Shown here: positions 1 through 10,725 of the stretch, one piece after another
Position numbering within the stretch: the stretch's first letter is position 1
How the letters are laid out: every line of letters starts with the position of its first letter
NCBI GenBank assembly: GCA_963695545.1
Contig: OY968796.1
Coordinates: forward strand, 992,001-1,056,000
DNA length: 64,000 nucleotides
Origin: Terriglobia bacterium
Lineage (GTDB): Bacteria; Acidobacteriota; Terriglobia; Acidiferrales; UBA7541
Reading direction: 5' to 3'
Program-made: the position numbers and the translations under genes
Notes under the pieces: model-generated
Seen by the model: only the letters and a program-made list of their open reading frames with translations
Told to the model about the DNA's origin: nothing
The model's database searches: none

Positions 1-2
1 GC

Positions 3-1349
3 CTGGAAGGCTACACCCAGGAAGTTGCGGCGAAGCTCGGCGCCAGCGGTGCGGAGCTCATCAATTTTGGCCTGGTGGATTCTCCGCAAATGGCCATGCG
101 CGTCGCGCACGAACTGCGCGCTTCGGATGCCGACGTGGTGCTCCTCTACGTGACGACCTACGCGCTCTCGGCGACGGTTTTGCCTATTTTGCGCCACGCG
201 AAAATTCCGGTGATCGTGCTGATGCTGCAGCCGGAAGCCGCGATCGATTACGCAGCATTCAATCGCCTCGAGGACCGCACGAAAATGACCGGCGAGCGGC
301 TAGCCTATTGCTCCGCCTGCCCTGTGCCGGAAATCGCCAACGTTCTCGCTCGCGCCGGCGTACCGTTCCACCAGGTGACCGGTGTTCTCCACGGCGATCC
401 AGCATGCTGGGCTGAAGTGCAGGAGTGGGTCGCCGCAGCCCAGGTGGCCAAGACGCTCAGCCACAATCGGCTGGGCCTCATGGGCCACTATTACAACGGC
501 ATGCTGGACATCGTGACCGACTACACGCAACTGTGCATCACCTTCGGCGGCCACGTGCAGTTGCTGGAAGTCGACGAGCTAAGCCGGCTTCGACAAGACG
601 TCTCCGACAAGGAAATCGAGCAGCGCATCGAAGTGTTCCGTCGCGAATTTGATATTCAGAAGGACTGCCCCGAAAGCGAGTTGCAGCGCGCGGCCCGAAC
701 CTCGGTGGCGCTCGATCGTCTGGTGGAGAAAAATGAACTGACTTCGATGGCCTACTACTACCAGGGCTCCGGAATTGCCGCGAACGAAGATACGATGAGC
801 TCCATTATTCTCGGAACTTCTCTATTGACCGCGCGAGGCGTCCCCGTCGCCGGCGAGTACGAGGTGAAGAACGCGTTGGCCATGAAAATCATGGACAGTT
901 TTGGCGTGGGCGGCTCTTTCACGGAATACTACGCCATCGATTTTTCGACGGATCAAGTTTTGATGGGCCATGACGGGCCAGGCCATGTGGCCATCGCGCA
1001 AGGCAAAACGAAAGTTCGCCCGCTGCGCGTCTATCACGGAAAAGTCGGACAGGGATTGTCTGTCGAGATGTCCGTGAAATTCGGGCCGGTCACGCTTCTT
1101 TCCGTGGTCGAGGACCGCGCGAAAGGATTTAAGCTGGTCGTGGCCCAAGGGCAATCCGAGCCCGGCCCCATTCTTGAAATCGGGAATACCAACAGCCGAT
1201 ATCGGTTCCCCGGCGGCGCCAGAAAATTCATGAACGATTGGAATCGCCAGGGCCCCGCGCACCATTGCGCCGTCGGAATCGGCCACATCGCCAGCAAATT
1301 GGAAAAATTGGCCAGCTTACTTTCGATCGACCTAATCCAAGTGTGCTGA
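3..1349 (+). CDS. L-fucose/L-arabinose isomerase family protein (5'-truncated by window edge)
   Basis: Frame open from position 3; motifs GEYEVK, LMGHDGP, ILEIGNTNSR and GPAHHCA are typical of this family. Confidence 0.8.
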   Translation: MEGYTQEVAAKLGASGAELINFGLVDSPQMAMRVAHELRASDADVVLLYVTTYALSATVLPILRHAKIPVIVLMLQPEAAIDYAAFNRLEDRTKMTGERLAYCSACPVPEIANVLARAGVPFHQVTGVLHGDPACWAEVQEWVAAAQVAKTLSHNRLGLMGHYYNGMLDIVTDYTQLCITFGGHVQLLEVDELSRLRQDVSDKEIEQRIEVFRREFDIQKDCPESELQRAARTSVALDRLVEKNELTSMAYYYQGSGIAANEDTMSSIILGTSLLTARGVPVAGEYEVKNALAMKIMDSFGVGGSFTEYYAIDFSTDQVLMGHDGPGHVAIAQGKTKVRPLRVYHGKVGQGLSVEMSVKFGPVTLLSVVEDRAKGFKLVVAQGQSEPGPILEIGNTNSRYRFPGGARKFMNDWNRQGPAHHCAVGIGHIASKLEKLASLLSIDLIQVC

Positions 1350-1417
1350 GTCCGGGCCCGCCCCGCAGCGCGAATTCCCAATTTTCGCTTTCCGCAGATC
1401 GAGAAGGACTTCGTCAT

Positions 1418-2860
1418 CTATCTTCCCCTTCGGGCTTCCGTTGCGAGCGACCTGATGACGACGGCACTCATTCGCGGCACGGTCACAAGTGCATCGTGAA
1501 TGTGTTCGGCGCTCGTCGGCGTCCATCTTCCGTCCGCGTTGACTGAGGCGCCTCCGAACGTGACTCCGCTCCTGCTGTCGGACGAAGGCGCAAGCAGCCG
1601 GTGCGCGATCGCCCTGCCCATTCCCAGTTCCGCGATGGAAATCTCTGCATCCTGCGACCTATCCCGGTTTACAACGACAACGGTGCGCGGCTTTCCGCCC
1701 GCTCCGCAGACGTAGATGGTGAGATTGATGCCTTGAGGATCAAAGTCGATCAGCAGAATCTCCGGGGAGCCGGCGACCGCCGCGACAAACGCGAGCATGC
1801 CGTAATACGGAACGCCGGCCGTGTTGATGCCAGCGCCATCATCCTCGATCGGCGAGTACGAGCTGATGAACCCGAGTTGGTTTACGCCGGTCTCCATGTT
1901 CACGCCGGAGCAGCCATACTGCGCGAGCAAAAGCATGTAATCGAGCGTCCACAGAGCGCCGAGCATGGTGTCGCTCACGCCCGGTAGTCCACCCCCGGAA
2001 AAAGAGTTGGTCTCACACATCCGCCAGGGAATGCCGCCCTCCACGGATGCGCGGCCCAGGCGTTCGAGCTTCGTCTTAAGATTCGCGTCCGGATAGGTCA
2101 GTTCGTCGGCTGATCCTTGCTTCTGTCCGCCACGGTAGTAGTGAGTCGTGAGTAGTTGGACTTCACCTTTTGCGTCCTCAGCCATGCGCTCAACCCACTC
2201 CACCGACGTTGCCGTATCCGGCGCGGCAAAGCGCACCCCGGGAACGGACTTCGCAATGGCATCGTGCCACGCGTCATATTCGGTGCGATACGCCTCATAC
2301 GTATACGGGGGCGCTCTCAAGGGCTTTATACCCTTGCCGTAGTTATCCACCTCGTTTCCAATCTCGATGGCGTCCAGGCGCGAGCCGAAAACGCCGACAA
2401 CATCTTTCGCTTCCTCGATCGCCTCAGTAAGCGAACCCTGTCCGAAGTTCAAGCACCAAATTACGGTCCAGCCCGTTTTCTCGAGAAATCCGTTCAGCTG
2501 CTCGAGGCTTGCCCGCGTGATGACGGTATTCTTCGGCTCCGCGACGCTCTGGCCCTCGGCATCGTACCGGCTGAAATCGGACACAATGCCGCCGATTCGC
2601 GCAACGCCTTTACCGCCCAGATTGCTCACGAGCTGCACATACCTGGCGTTGGTTACGCTCAATAGACCGGTCACAGCGGCCGAAGATTTCTCATAGCCCA
2701 GGCCGATGAAGTTTGCGGGCACATATGCGAGAGCGCCCGCGTGTCGCAGACGAATCGAAACAGGCGCGATTGTGCGCCCCCAACCCCGCACAGCTCGGCA
2801 GACCGCCAGGCCTGCCGACATCCTGGCTGCCGTGCTCAAGAACATTCTACGATTCAGCAT
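1418..2860 (-). CDS. Glycoside hydrolase family 79 (beta-glucuronidase-like), Tat-exported
   Basis: RRMFL twin-arginine signal; RIGG, EIGNEVDNY (acid/base Glu), CETNS (nucleophile Glu), GVSDT-GALWTLDY. Confidence 0.8.
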   Translation of the reverse strand: MLNRRMFLSTAARMSAGLAVCRAVRGWGRTIAPVSIRLRHAGALAYVPANFIGLGYEKSSAAVTGLLSVTNARYVQLVSNLGGKGVARIGGIVSDFSRYDAEGQSVAEPKNTVITRASLEQLNGFLEKTGWTVIWCLNFGQGSLTEAIEEAKDVVGVFGSRLDAIEIGNEVDNYGKGIKPLRAPPYTYEAYRTEYDAWHDAIAKSVPGVRFAAPDTATSVEWVERMAEDAKGEVQLLTTHYYRGGQKQGSADELTYPDANLKTKLERLGRASVEGGIPWRMCETNSFSGGGLPGVSDTMLGALWTLDYMLLLAQYGCSGVNMETGVNQLGFISSYSPIEDDGAGINTAGVPYYGMLAFVAAVAGSPEILLIDFDPQGINLTIYVCGAGGKPRTVVVVNRDRSQDAEISIAELGMGRAIAHRLLAPSSDSRSGVTFGGASVNADGRWTPTSAEHIHDALVTVPRMSAVVIRSLATEARRGR

Positions 2861-3125
2861 GTGGCGCGCCGCCAGCCATCAACGCAATCTGAGCGCGAAA
2901 TTTCCCCTCGTCAAATTGGGGCCTCGCGAACGGGAGGGCTTAACTCCCTCCTCTCCGCCATTCACTCAAACTAGAGCACTTTGCATTGGTGTCGTGCAAG
3001 CTGTCGCACCCCCGATTTCCGCCGCCTTGCGTCTTCTCCGCGGCGAGGAACATTTCGAGCGGCGCCCAAGAATGCGCACCCAAGCCGGGTACAATCGCGT
3101 CCAATCAGGAAGGAGAAAATCGACC

Positions 3126-4580
3126 ATGAACCCCGCCAGAATCCGGGCTTGCGCCAAACCGATGCGCTGCTTTCTCGGTGCGCTTCTGTGCTTGCTGCTC
3201 AGTGGTTCGCTATTCGCGCAAGCGCCGAATGCGAAAAGCCGGACAGACTTGCTATCCCAATTCAGCAGCGAACTCGACGCTCTTACGTTGCGCGTGTCCC
3301 CGTCCGTCGTTCAAATTCAGGTGACTGGATTTCAAGCCGTGAACGAAGGGAACGCAAACGACACAGCCGTGGTGGCCCGAAGCCGCGTTCTGGGATCCGG
3401 CGTGATCGTCGATCCGAATGGTTACATCATCACCAACGCGCATGTGGTCAGAGGCGCGCAACGAGTGCGCGTTTTTCTCACGGCCGCGCCGGCTGGCTCG
3501 CAGGTGGGCGCCAGCCTCGGTCTCACCGATCGATTGCCGCCGATGGACGCGAAAATCGTCGGCGTCGACCCGGCCATCGATTTAGCCCTTCTCAAGATCG
3601 ACGCCACGGGACTCCCCGCTCTCTCGTTCGCCGACTACAGCAAGCTCGAAAAAGGCCAAATCGTGCTCGCATTCGGCAATCCCGAGGGCTTTGAGAATTC
3701 CGTCACCATGGGCGTCGTCAGCGCGGTTGCCAGACAAGTGGATCCCAGCGTTCCATCCGTTTACATTCAAACCGACGCGCCCATCAATCCGGGCAACAGC
3801 GGCGGTCCGCTGATCGATACGGATGGCAAAATCGTTGGAATCAACACGCTGATTGTGAGTGAAAGCGGCGGAAGCCAGGGCCTTGGTTTTGCAATCCCCA
3901 GCTTTGTGGTCGAGTTCGTTTACGGGCAACTCCGCCAATACGGCCACGTCCACCACATCGTGATCGGCGTCGAACTTCAGTAGATCAGTTCCGACCTCGC
4001 GCAAGGTCTCGGCCTCAGCCAGCAGGAAGGTGTGATCGTGTCTGACGTCGAGCCGGGCGGTCCCGCGGACAAAGCCGGTCTTCAGATCGCGGATATCCTC
4101 GAGAGTCTCGACGGAAGTTCTCTTGGCAGCGTGCCATTGGCTAAGATGATCATCGCCACGCAGGCCAGCGACGCCGTGCTGCAAGCCGTGGTCTTGCGCG
4201 GCACTCAGAAATTGACGCTTCAGATTCCAGTCAAGGAAGATCGCAGTGATGTCGACCAGATCGTCGATCTCTCCGACCCCAGCAAATCGCTGGTCACCAG
4301 GCTCGGCATCTTCGGCGTCGAAATCGACGGCAAGCTAGCCGCCAGCTTACCGGATCTGCGCCGCCCTTCCGGCGTGATCGTCGCGGCCCTCGCGGCAAAT
4401 TCGCTGGGGATCGAGACCGACCTACAGCAAGGAGACGTGATCCACGCTCTCAATGGGAAACCGATTACGACTTTGGACGATTTGCGATCCGGTCTCCGCG
4501 GAGTCCCGGCCGGCACGCCCACCGTCCTGCAAATTGAACGTGATGGCATATTCATCTACGTAGCGTTCGAGTTGGAGTAG
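3126..4580 (+). pseudogene. htrA: HtrA/DegP serine protease (trypsin + 2 PDZ) interrupted by an in-frame TAG at 3981-3983
   Basis: AGGAG RBS before ATG 3126; TNAHV, DLALLK and INPGNSGG triad motifs; frame continues past the TAG (ISSDLAQGLGL...) into two PDZ domains. Confidence 0.8.
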
Positions 4581-4651
4581 GCGCGAAGCTCGGACTGAAC
4601 CGAGAAGCAAAGCGAACCGACATTCCATCCGTGGTTGTCAAACGTGCTCGC

Positions 4652-6214
4652 CTATCTGTTCGGCGGCCGAAAGCATCCCTGGCCGTTCAACTCTCCGGCC
4701 TTCAATTCGCGCAAGCACAGCTTCGTCTGATCCGCCGCGTCACACTGGCAGATTTCCGCCATCGGCAAATCTCCCGGCCGCACAACATATCGCCCCGTTT
4801 CCATCAGCGATGAATCGTCCGCCGACGTCGTGACCATCGCGTTCTCCGGCAAAGCGCGAATCCGGAATTGTCGCGACGCCGGTTCATAATCCTCGTAGGA
4901 AAAGCAGTGATCAATGCACGCGCGATCCACGATGTGCCCGATGTACGAGATTCCCAAAGAATTTCCGTCGATCGCGCTCGCAGGGGTTTCACCATGAGCC
5001 TCACGCAGCGGAAACCAAATCGACGCAGTCACCCTCTGTCCGCGCGGCAGCCCGCGCACCAATTGCGAGGCCTGCGATTCCATCCGGCTCAATGTTCCGG
5101 TGTCCTGATGCACCCACACGAAAAAAACGGCCGCGCAAAGCGCAAGCCCAACCAGATACCGGCGCCGCGGCTCGAGGCACGCCACGATGCTCAAAGCCAG
5201 TACGGCGGTGGTCGATGTTAGTCGCGGTACCAGCAAAGCGGCGGGCGCTCCGTAATGCGGCAAATAGATATCGTTCGGCAAAATCGCTGCGGCAAAAACC
5301 GATGCGGTCCACAGCTCAAGCGGCGCGCGAAACGCCCATCGTGTCCCGGTTGTCTTTCGATCGATTAGCAACCCGAACAGGACCGTCGCCAGGCTCAGCA
5401 CGAACACGATGCCCGCAAGCCACAGATATCGCGGGCTGAACAGAATGATCTGATCCGCGCCGGTGTAAAAATAAAAGTGCGCCATCTCCGTGGGACCCGT
5501 CCGGAAGCGATGCATCACGAATGTTCGCGCGCCCAAAATCGCCACGAACGCCGCGGCCGTCAGCAGCCAACGCCAGGCTCCTCGCAGCGCCGCCGCTATT
5601 TTGACGTACATGACGATTCCCACCAGCCACACTAGACCCAGCGGATGCGCGACGAACGCGAGTGCTGCGAGTGCGATTCCTACGATCCAATCCACTTCCC
5701 GCCCTCTCCAAAAAAGCGCCGCGCCTGCGAACGCGAACCCCAGCGACACGTAGTAATTCATAAAACCCATATGAAACGTCCATCCATAGGCCACCATCGC
5801 AATACCCGGCACGAGGAACCAGGGAGCACGCCGTGCCGCGGCGCTCATGAAAGCGAACGCGCCCCAGAAAAAAATCAGCACGCACGCCGACACGGCGATT
5901 TTCTCCGCCCAACCGAGGCCCACTACACCCGCTAGCTTCATCAGGACCACGTCAAACAGCACGTTGTCCCACCGGTTCGCGATGTAGAGTCCGGGCGCTT
6001 GTCCCCGTTCGATTAGTTGCGAGAGCCACGCGTTGTAGATGTGGCTGGCCAAATCGCCGGCCTCGATTCTCGCGTGCCAGTAGCACGGCACCAGTAGCGC
6101 AGCCGAAATCGCCGCCATTCGCCCGTAGCGCTCTTTCACCAGGCGCAACGCCGCGCCGATCGCGGATTCGCCGCTCGTCGGCTCTCGCACGTTATCCTTA
6201 TTTCTTGGCTCCAC
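4652..6214 (-). CDS. Polytopic membrane protein, possibly GT-C-like
   Basis: 520 aa with many hydrophobic segments and a soluble C-terminal domain; start uncertain. Confidence 0.55.
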   Translation of the reverse strand: MEPRNKDNVREPTSGESAIGAALRLVKERYGRMAAISAALLVPCYWHARIEAGDLASHIYNAWLSQLIERGQAPGLYIANRWDNVLFDVVLMKLAGVVGLGWAEKIAVSACVLIFFWGAFAFMSAAARRAPWFLVPGIAMVAYGWTFHMGFMNYYVSLGFAFAGAALFWRGREVDWIVGIALAALAFVAHPLGLVWLVGIVMYVKIAAALRGAWRWLLTAAAFVAILGARTFVMHRFRTGPTEMAHFYFYTGADQIILFSPRYLWLAGIVFVLSLATVLFGLLIDRKTTGTRWAFRAPLELWTASVFAAAILPNDIYLPHYGAPAALLVPRLTSTTAVLALSIVACLEPRRRYLVGLALCAAVFFVWVHQDTGTLSRMESQASQLVRGLPRGQRVTASIWFPLREAHGETPASAIDGNSLGISYIGHIVDRACIDHCFSYEDYEPASRQFRIRALPENAMVTTSADDSSLMETGRYVVRPGDLPMAEICQCDAADQTKLCLRELKAGELNGQGCFRPPNR

Positions 6215-6406
6215 GCTATTCGCCTGCGTATTGCTTCGCGCCGTCTTCCAACGCGCTCGGGCGTCCGTATATTACAGGAAGCCCGACATCCGCCGTGATT
6301 CGCTGACCTGGCTTCATTCGGCAGGAACTGCGCCAAAGATTTTCCCGTTTTCCCACAACGCTGATCGCAACTTGTGGCATTCTGAAACAGCCTCGCCCGC
6401 GCCTAA

Positions 6407-7159
6407 ATGCCCGCAGATCACAACTGGCTCGCGCCCCCGAATGCGATTCTTCCGCAGGGCGGAGAATTGCACGTGTGGCGCGCGAGCCTCGCCGCGAATC
6501 CCGAGGCCATCGCGCATTTTGCCGCCACGCTCTCACCCGACGAAAACAATCGCGCCGAACGATTCTACTCACCGGAACATCGGGACGCGTTCGTCGCGGC
6601 GCATGGAATCTTGAGGGACATTCTGGGACGCGCGGTCGCGCGAGTGCCCTCCGCGCTGGTGTTTTCAACCAGCCGCTACGGTAAACCGCGCTTCGCGCCC
6701 GGCTCGGATCTTGAGCACGTGCATTTCAATCTCTCACATTCCGGCGGACGCGCGCTCTACGCCATTACGCAAATTGGGGAGGTCGGAGTCGATCTCGAAA
6801 AAATCCGGCCATTGCCGGACATGCCCTCGATGGTGCCGAGAGTTTTTTCTCCACGGGAGGCGCCCCTTTTTCTATCGCTTCCGCCATCCATTCAGGCCGA
6901 GGCCTTTTTCACTTGTTGGACGCGCAAGGAAGCGTATCTAAAAGCTCGGGGCGAGGGTTTCGCGATCGAGCCCTCGTCATTCGAGGTCACATTTGCTCCG
7001 GGCGCGCCGGCGGCCATCGTCGGAGAAGAATACTCCGCGTGGTCTCTTCGGGAACTCGCTCCGGCATCCGGCTACGCTGGCGCCGTCGCGGTGAGAGCCG
7101 CCGCCTTCGATCTGAAGTTGTGGGATTGGCAGGCGGCAGAGAAGAATCGAACCCGCTGA
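6407..7159 (+). CDS. Sfp-type 4'-phosphopantetheinyl transferase
   Basis: YGKP, FNLSHS, VGVDLE and WTRKEAYLKARG motifs. Confidence 0.9.
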   Translation: MPADHNWLAPPNAILPQGGELHVWRASLAANPEAIAHFAATLSPDENNRAERFYSPEHRDAFVAAHGILRDILGRAVARVPSALVFSTSRYGKPRFAPGSDLEHVHFNLSHSGGRALYAITQIGEVGVDLEKIRPLPDMPSMVPRVFSPREAPLFLSLPPSIQAEAFFTCWTRKEAYLKARGEGFAIEPSSFEVTFAPGAPAAIVGEEYSAWSLRELAPASGYAGAVAVRAAAFDLKLWDWQAAEKNRTR

Positions 7160-7256
7160 GCGATTCGGTCCGTCAAAATTTTAGAGAGGCGATCGGAACC
7201 GCCGTGTTTTGGGCGCGCCGGCGTGGAACTTCTGCCGGCCGCCACGTCCGCAGCGG

Positions 7257-8171
7257 TCACTCGGTAAGATGGAGCGCCGAGTTCCTATCCGCACCGTAAG
7301 CGTATGCGTAATCTTCGTATCCAGGTATGGCTTCCACACGATTCAAAACCACGCCGATGAGATTCTTTTCCAGAAATTCATTGCACGCCTTCTGCGCGAG
7401 ATGGACGTCGGTGCCGTTGGCCTTAACAACCACCAACACGCCATCGCAATGGGATGCCATCATGGAAGCGTCCGCCACGGGCACAACCGGCGGAGAATCG
7501 ATCAGGATCCAATCGAAGATGGGCGCGACGAGGTCGAGCAGTTGCTTGAATTCCGGACCGGAAAGCAGATCGCTCGGCTCGCGGGCCGACCTCGATGACC
7601 CCCCGGGAATCAGACAGAGATTCTCGACAGGGCCGAATTGAATAGCCGAAAAAAGATCCGCTGCTCCACCGAGAAAATCGCTCAAGCCGGGCGATGCGGG
7701 AGCTCCCAACGTCGTGTGCTGGCGCGGAGCGCGAAGATCGCCGTCAATGATCAAAACGCGGCGATCGCGCTGCCTGACCAATGACTGCGCCAGGTTACTC
7801 ACCGCGAATGTTTTCCCTTCACCGGCCACCGCACTGGTGACCAAAATTGTCTTCAACCGCTTCGACTCGCGAATCTGATAGAGCCGCGACCGAAGCGTGC
7901 GAAACTGTTCGGCCGCCAGCGACGATCGGCCGCTGTCCACAAACACGTTGGCGTTTGCATCCATTTTCCAGGCGGGATGAGCGCATTTATCTTTCAGTTC
8001 GTTGAAGCGCAGTATTTCGGGCAAGCTCATGCCGCTGTCGCCGGCGAATAACGGCCGCCTGGCGTGCGGCACTTCACCGGCCCGCTCCGGCTCGGAAGAA
8101 GTGGCCACGCTCCCGGCGTTCGCCGCCTTCTCTTCTTCCGCCTTCTTCAACGCATCGTGGATGCGGCTCAT
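7257..8171 (-). CDS. CpsD/CapB-family bacterial tyrosine kinase
   Basis: EQFRTLRS, GEGKT, IIDGDLR, ILIDSPP and a C-terminal Tyr cluster (YEDYAYAY). Confidence 0.9.
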   Translation of the reverse strand: MSRIHDALKKAEEEKAANAGSVATSSEPERAGEVPHARRPLFAGDSGMSLPEILRFNELKDKCAHPAWKMDANANVFVDSGRSSLAAEQFRTLRSRLYQIRESKRLKTILVTSAVAGEGKTFAVSNLAQSLVRQRDRRVLIIDGDLRAPRQHTTLGAPASPGLSDFLGGAADLFSAIQFGPVENLCLIPGGSSRSAREPSDLLSGPEFKQLLDLVAPIFDWILIDSPPVVPVADASMMASHCDGVLVVVKANGTDVHLAQKACNEFLEKNLIGVVLNRVEAIPGYEDYAYAYGADRNSALHLTE

Positions 8172-8187
8172 ACTTTTTTCCTCCGCT

Positions 8188-9120
8188 TTACTTCCGTCCG
8201 GATTTGCCGGTTTGTCGAAATCTTTCGATTAGCTCCGTGATCAGCAGCTCCATCACCGGATCTTCCGCCGACGCACTCTCCTGCGCCGCCGGACTCATGA
8301 CCGTCTCCGTCTCTTGCAGCTCGAATTCTCGCGCGACTTCCTCCACCAGAGACGGTTGAACCTCCGGCTGCTGATCCACATACGCATTGATCAGCGTGTG
8401 CTCGCAGAGCAGGTTGGTGACTCTGGGAATGCCCTTGGCGTACTTGTGGATCGCCACGATCGAGTCGGCCGTGAAAATCTCCCGGCTATCCCCGCCGGCA
8501 ATGCGCAGCCGCTCGGCGATGTAACCGCGCGTCTCGTCCAGCGTGAGGGGGCGCGTCTTCGTGCGGATCGTGATCCGCTGGCGCAATTGGCGCAATTGAG
8601 GAAGCTTTAGTTTTTCTTCGAGCTCGGGCTGACCGGAAAGCACAATCTGCAAAAGTTTCTCCGTGGCCGTCTCCAGATTCGTCAGCATGCGAATTTCTTC
8701 GAGCACCTCAAAAGAAAGGTGCTGCGCCTCATCGACGATCAGCACGGCGGACTGGCCGTCGCGGTATCGCTCCAACAGCCACTCGTTCAATCGAATCTGC
8801 CGAAGGCTTTGAGAGCGTTCCTCGCACGGAATCTCGAAGTCGTTGAGGATGAAATCGAACATCTGGTTGACGTTCAGATGAGAATTGAAAACGAAGGCCG
8901 TCGCAACGTTTCGCTGGCGCAGCCAGTCGAGCAGCCGGTTCAGCAGAGTCGTCTTGCCCGTTCCCACCTCGCCGGTGAGCAGCAGAAATCCCTTGCGCGT
9001 GTCGATTCCATACGTCAGCGCCGACATCGCCTCCTCCATGGCCTGCGTGAAAAACAGGTAGCGAGGATCGGGGTTGACGTTGAACGGATTTTCCCGGAGC
9101 CCGAAAAACTTTTTGTACAT
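8188..9120 (-). CDS. ExeA/GspA-family AAA ATPase (EPS/PEP-CTERM-associated)
   Basis: MYKKFFGLRENPF..PDP, TGEVGTGKT, LIVDEAQ, GQPEL, GIPR. Confidence 0.9.
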   Translation of the reverse strand: MYKKFFGLRENPFNVNPDPRYLFFTQAMEEAMSALTYGIDTRKGFLLLTGEVGTGKTTLLNRLLDWLRQRNVATAFVFNSHLNVNQMFDFILNDFEIPCEERSQSLRQIRLNEWLLERYRDGQSAVLIVDEAQHLSFEVLEEIRMLTNLETATEKLLQIVLSGQPELEEKLKLPQLRQLRQRITIRTKTRPLTLDETRGYIAERLRIAGGDSREIFTADSIVAIHKYAKGIPRVTNLLCEHTLINAYVDQQPEVQPSLVEEVAREFELQETETVMSPAAQESASAEDPVMELLITELIERFRQTGKSGRK

Positions 9121-9128
9121 GAGAACCC

Positions 9129-10643
9129 TCAGGCCTCGCGACGCACAATCGAACCGCGCTTGGCCCCGCCGAGCAAACTGCCGCGTTTTAGCCCGGCGGG
9201 ATCGTATTGCGGGATCATGACGATGGCCGGCACGTGCATCAACGTCTCGACGTCCCGGTCGTTATGCAAGGTGCTGTCCTGAATCAGGAAGAATGCGATC
9301 ACTCCCAAGCCCAACGCCAACCCAATGCCAAATCCCCCAGCGGAAAAAAGGATCGGGTTGGGGAACGACGCCCGGCTCGGCAGATTCGGCGGATCGAGCA
9401 CGCCAAACTGCTGGCCTTCCTGCTCGTGCTCTAGATCGGTCGCCTCCGCTGATTCGTCGTGCTCTTTCAGCAGACCGTTGTAGAAGTCCAACGCCGTTTG
9501 ATAATCGCGCGTCAGATCCTTGAATTGTTCCTCGACCTCGGGACTCGCCCTCACCTTCGCTTGCAGCGAGCCGATCTGGCCCTGCAGCGTCTGCTCCTGT
9601 TTCAACGCGCCTTGCACGGCGATAGCGGCTTCTTGCAACTGCGCACGCAGCTGCTGAATCTGCGGCGGTTCTAACGTGCTCGGTTTAACGGCGACGCTCG
9701 GATCCGCGGGACCCGGCTGTTGCGCTGCCGCGATTTTCTGGTTGATCGCGGCCAGATCCTCCTTGGCCTTGACCACGTCCGGATACTCGTCGGTGTACTC
9801 GGCTTGGAGCGCGGTCAGCCTGGCCTCGGCCGCCTGCTTATCCTTCAACAGAGTGTCCGGGTCCTGACCCTGGCTTACCTGCGACTGTTTCCACGCCGCC
9901 ACCTGCTGCGTCAGCATCGATTCGTCGAAGGCTTTCTCCTGCTGCAAGCGGCCGACGTTTTGCGTCACCGCCTCCAGTTGCGTGTTGTAGGCCATCAAGA
10001 GTTGCAAGTTCTGTTGCTCTTCATCTGGCAGGGCGCCCAGATTCTTCTGCTTGAACGCCGCCAGCTTGGCGTCCTGGTCGTCCAGCTTGGCCTTGGCTTC
10101 TTGCAGCTGCTGCGAAAGAAATTGCGTGGTATTCTCGGCGTGTTCCTCGCGGAGCCGGGTGTTCTGCTCCATGAACATAGAGGTAATTTCCTGGCAGATC
10201 TGCTGCGCGTGGGCGGCATCGCTAAACGTGACAGTAACATCGAACCCGGGTAGCGAGCGGTCCGGATCTCCCTGAATCGGTTCCATCGGATCTACTTCGA
10301 TGGCTTTCTGCAAGCGATCCACCAGGAGGTCCATCGGAACGCTCCCGTTGTCGTTCGGGTATAGGTTCAGTTTTTGGATCACGTCGCTCAACCGCGTGCG
10401 GCTCAGAATCTGTTGTTGCATCGAGGCCAGCCGGGCGTTCCAATCCTCACTCACCGCCGCAGGAACGTACGTCGCGGATACGCTCGGCTGCTCGACCAAA
10501 ACCTTCGTCTCGGACTCATAGCGTTTCGGCAATAGCAACGCCAGAGTGATTCCAATCGCTAGACCAATGGCGGCGGTGCATGCACAGATGGGCCAGCGCC
10601 TGCGGAACATTGCCAGAAAATCTTGTGGTGTAAACTCTCTCAC
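9129..10643 (-). CDS. Polysaccharide chain-length determinant (GumC/Wzc-N)
   Basis: Two terminal TM helices, coiled coils, YTDEYPDV and LDPPNLP motifs. Confidence 0.85.
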   Translation of the reverse strand: MREFTPQDFLAMFRRRWPICACTAAIGLAIGITLALLLPKRYESETKVLVEQPSVSATYVPAAVSEDWNARLASMQQQILSRTRLSDVIQKLNLYPNDNGSVPMDLLVDRLQKAIEVDPMEPIQGDPDRSLPGFDVTVTFSDAAHAQQICQEITSMFMEQNTRLREEHAENTTQFLSQQLQEAKAKLDDQDAKLAAFKQKNLGALPDEEQQNLQLLMAYNTQLEAVTQNVGRLQQEKAFDESMLTQQVAAWKQSQVSQGQDPDTLLKDKQAAEARLTALQAEYTDEYPDVVKAKEDLAAINQKIAAAQQPGPADPSVAVKPSTLEPPQIQQLRAQLQEAAIAVQGALKQEQTLQGQIGSLQAKVRASPEVEEQFKDLTRDYQTALDFYNGLLKEHDESAEATDLEHEQEGQQFGVLDPPNLPSRASFPNPILFSAGGFGIGLALGLGVIAFFLIQDSTLHNDRDVETLMHVPAIVMIPQYDPAGLKRGSLLGGAKRGSIVRREA

Positions 10644-10725
10644 GACGATTGCTCCTTCGCTCCTCTATCGGCTCAGGTTCGAGCCGCTCGGAGAAATCTT
10701 ATTGCGTGCCACATACGGCGCGCGT

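Noticed and set aside
298..300. Systematic Trp-to-Arg changes (CGG here and near 36878) as editing or recoding
   Set aside because: The expected Trp is only recalled from homologues and there are too few cases; ordinary variation or consensus error explains them
3981..3983. Genome-wide TAG recoding (pyrrolysine or alternative code)
   Set aside because: TAG ends many intact genes here (lpdA, E1a, E1b, E2, HNH, TonB receptor) and no pyl genes are visible
10696..10712. Sigma-54 promoter for the EPS operon (minus-strand TGGCACG)
   Set aside because: The -24 box is perfect but the -12 position reads AAGA rather than TTGC
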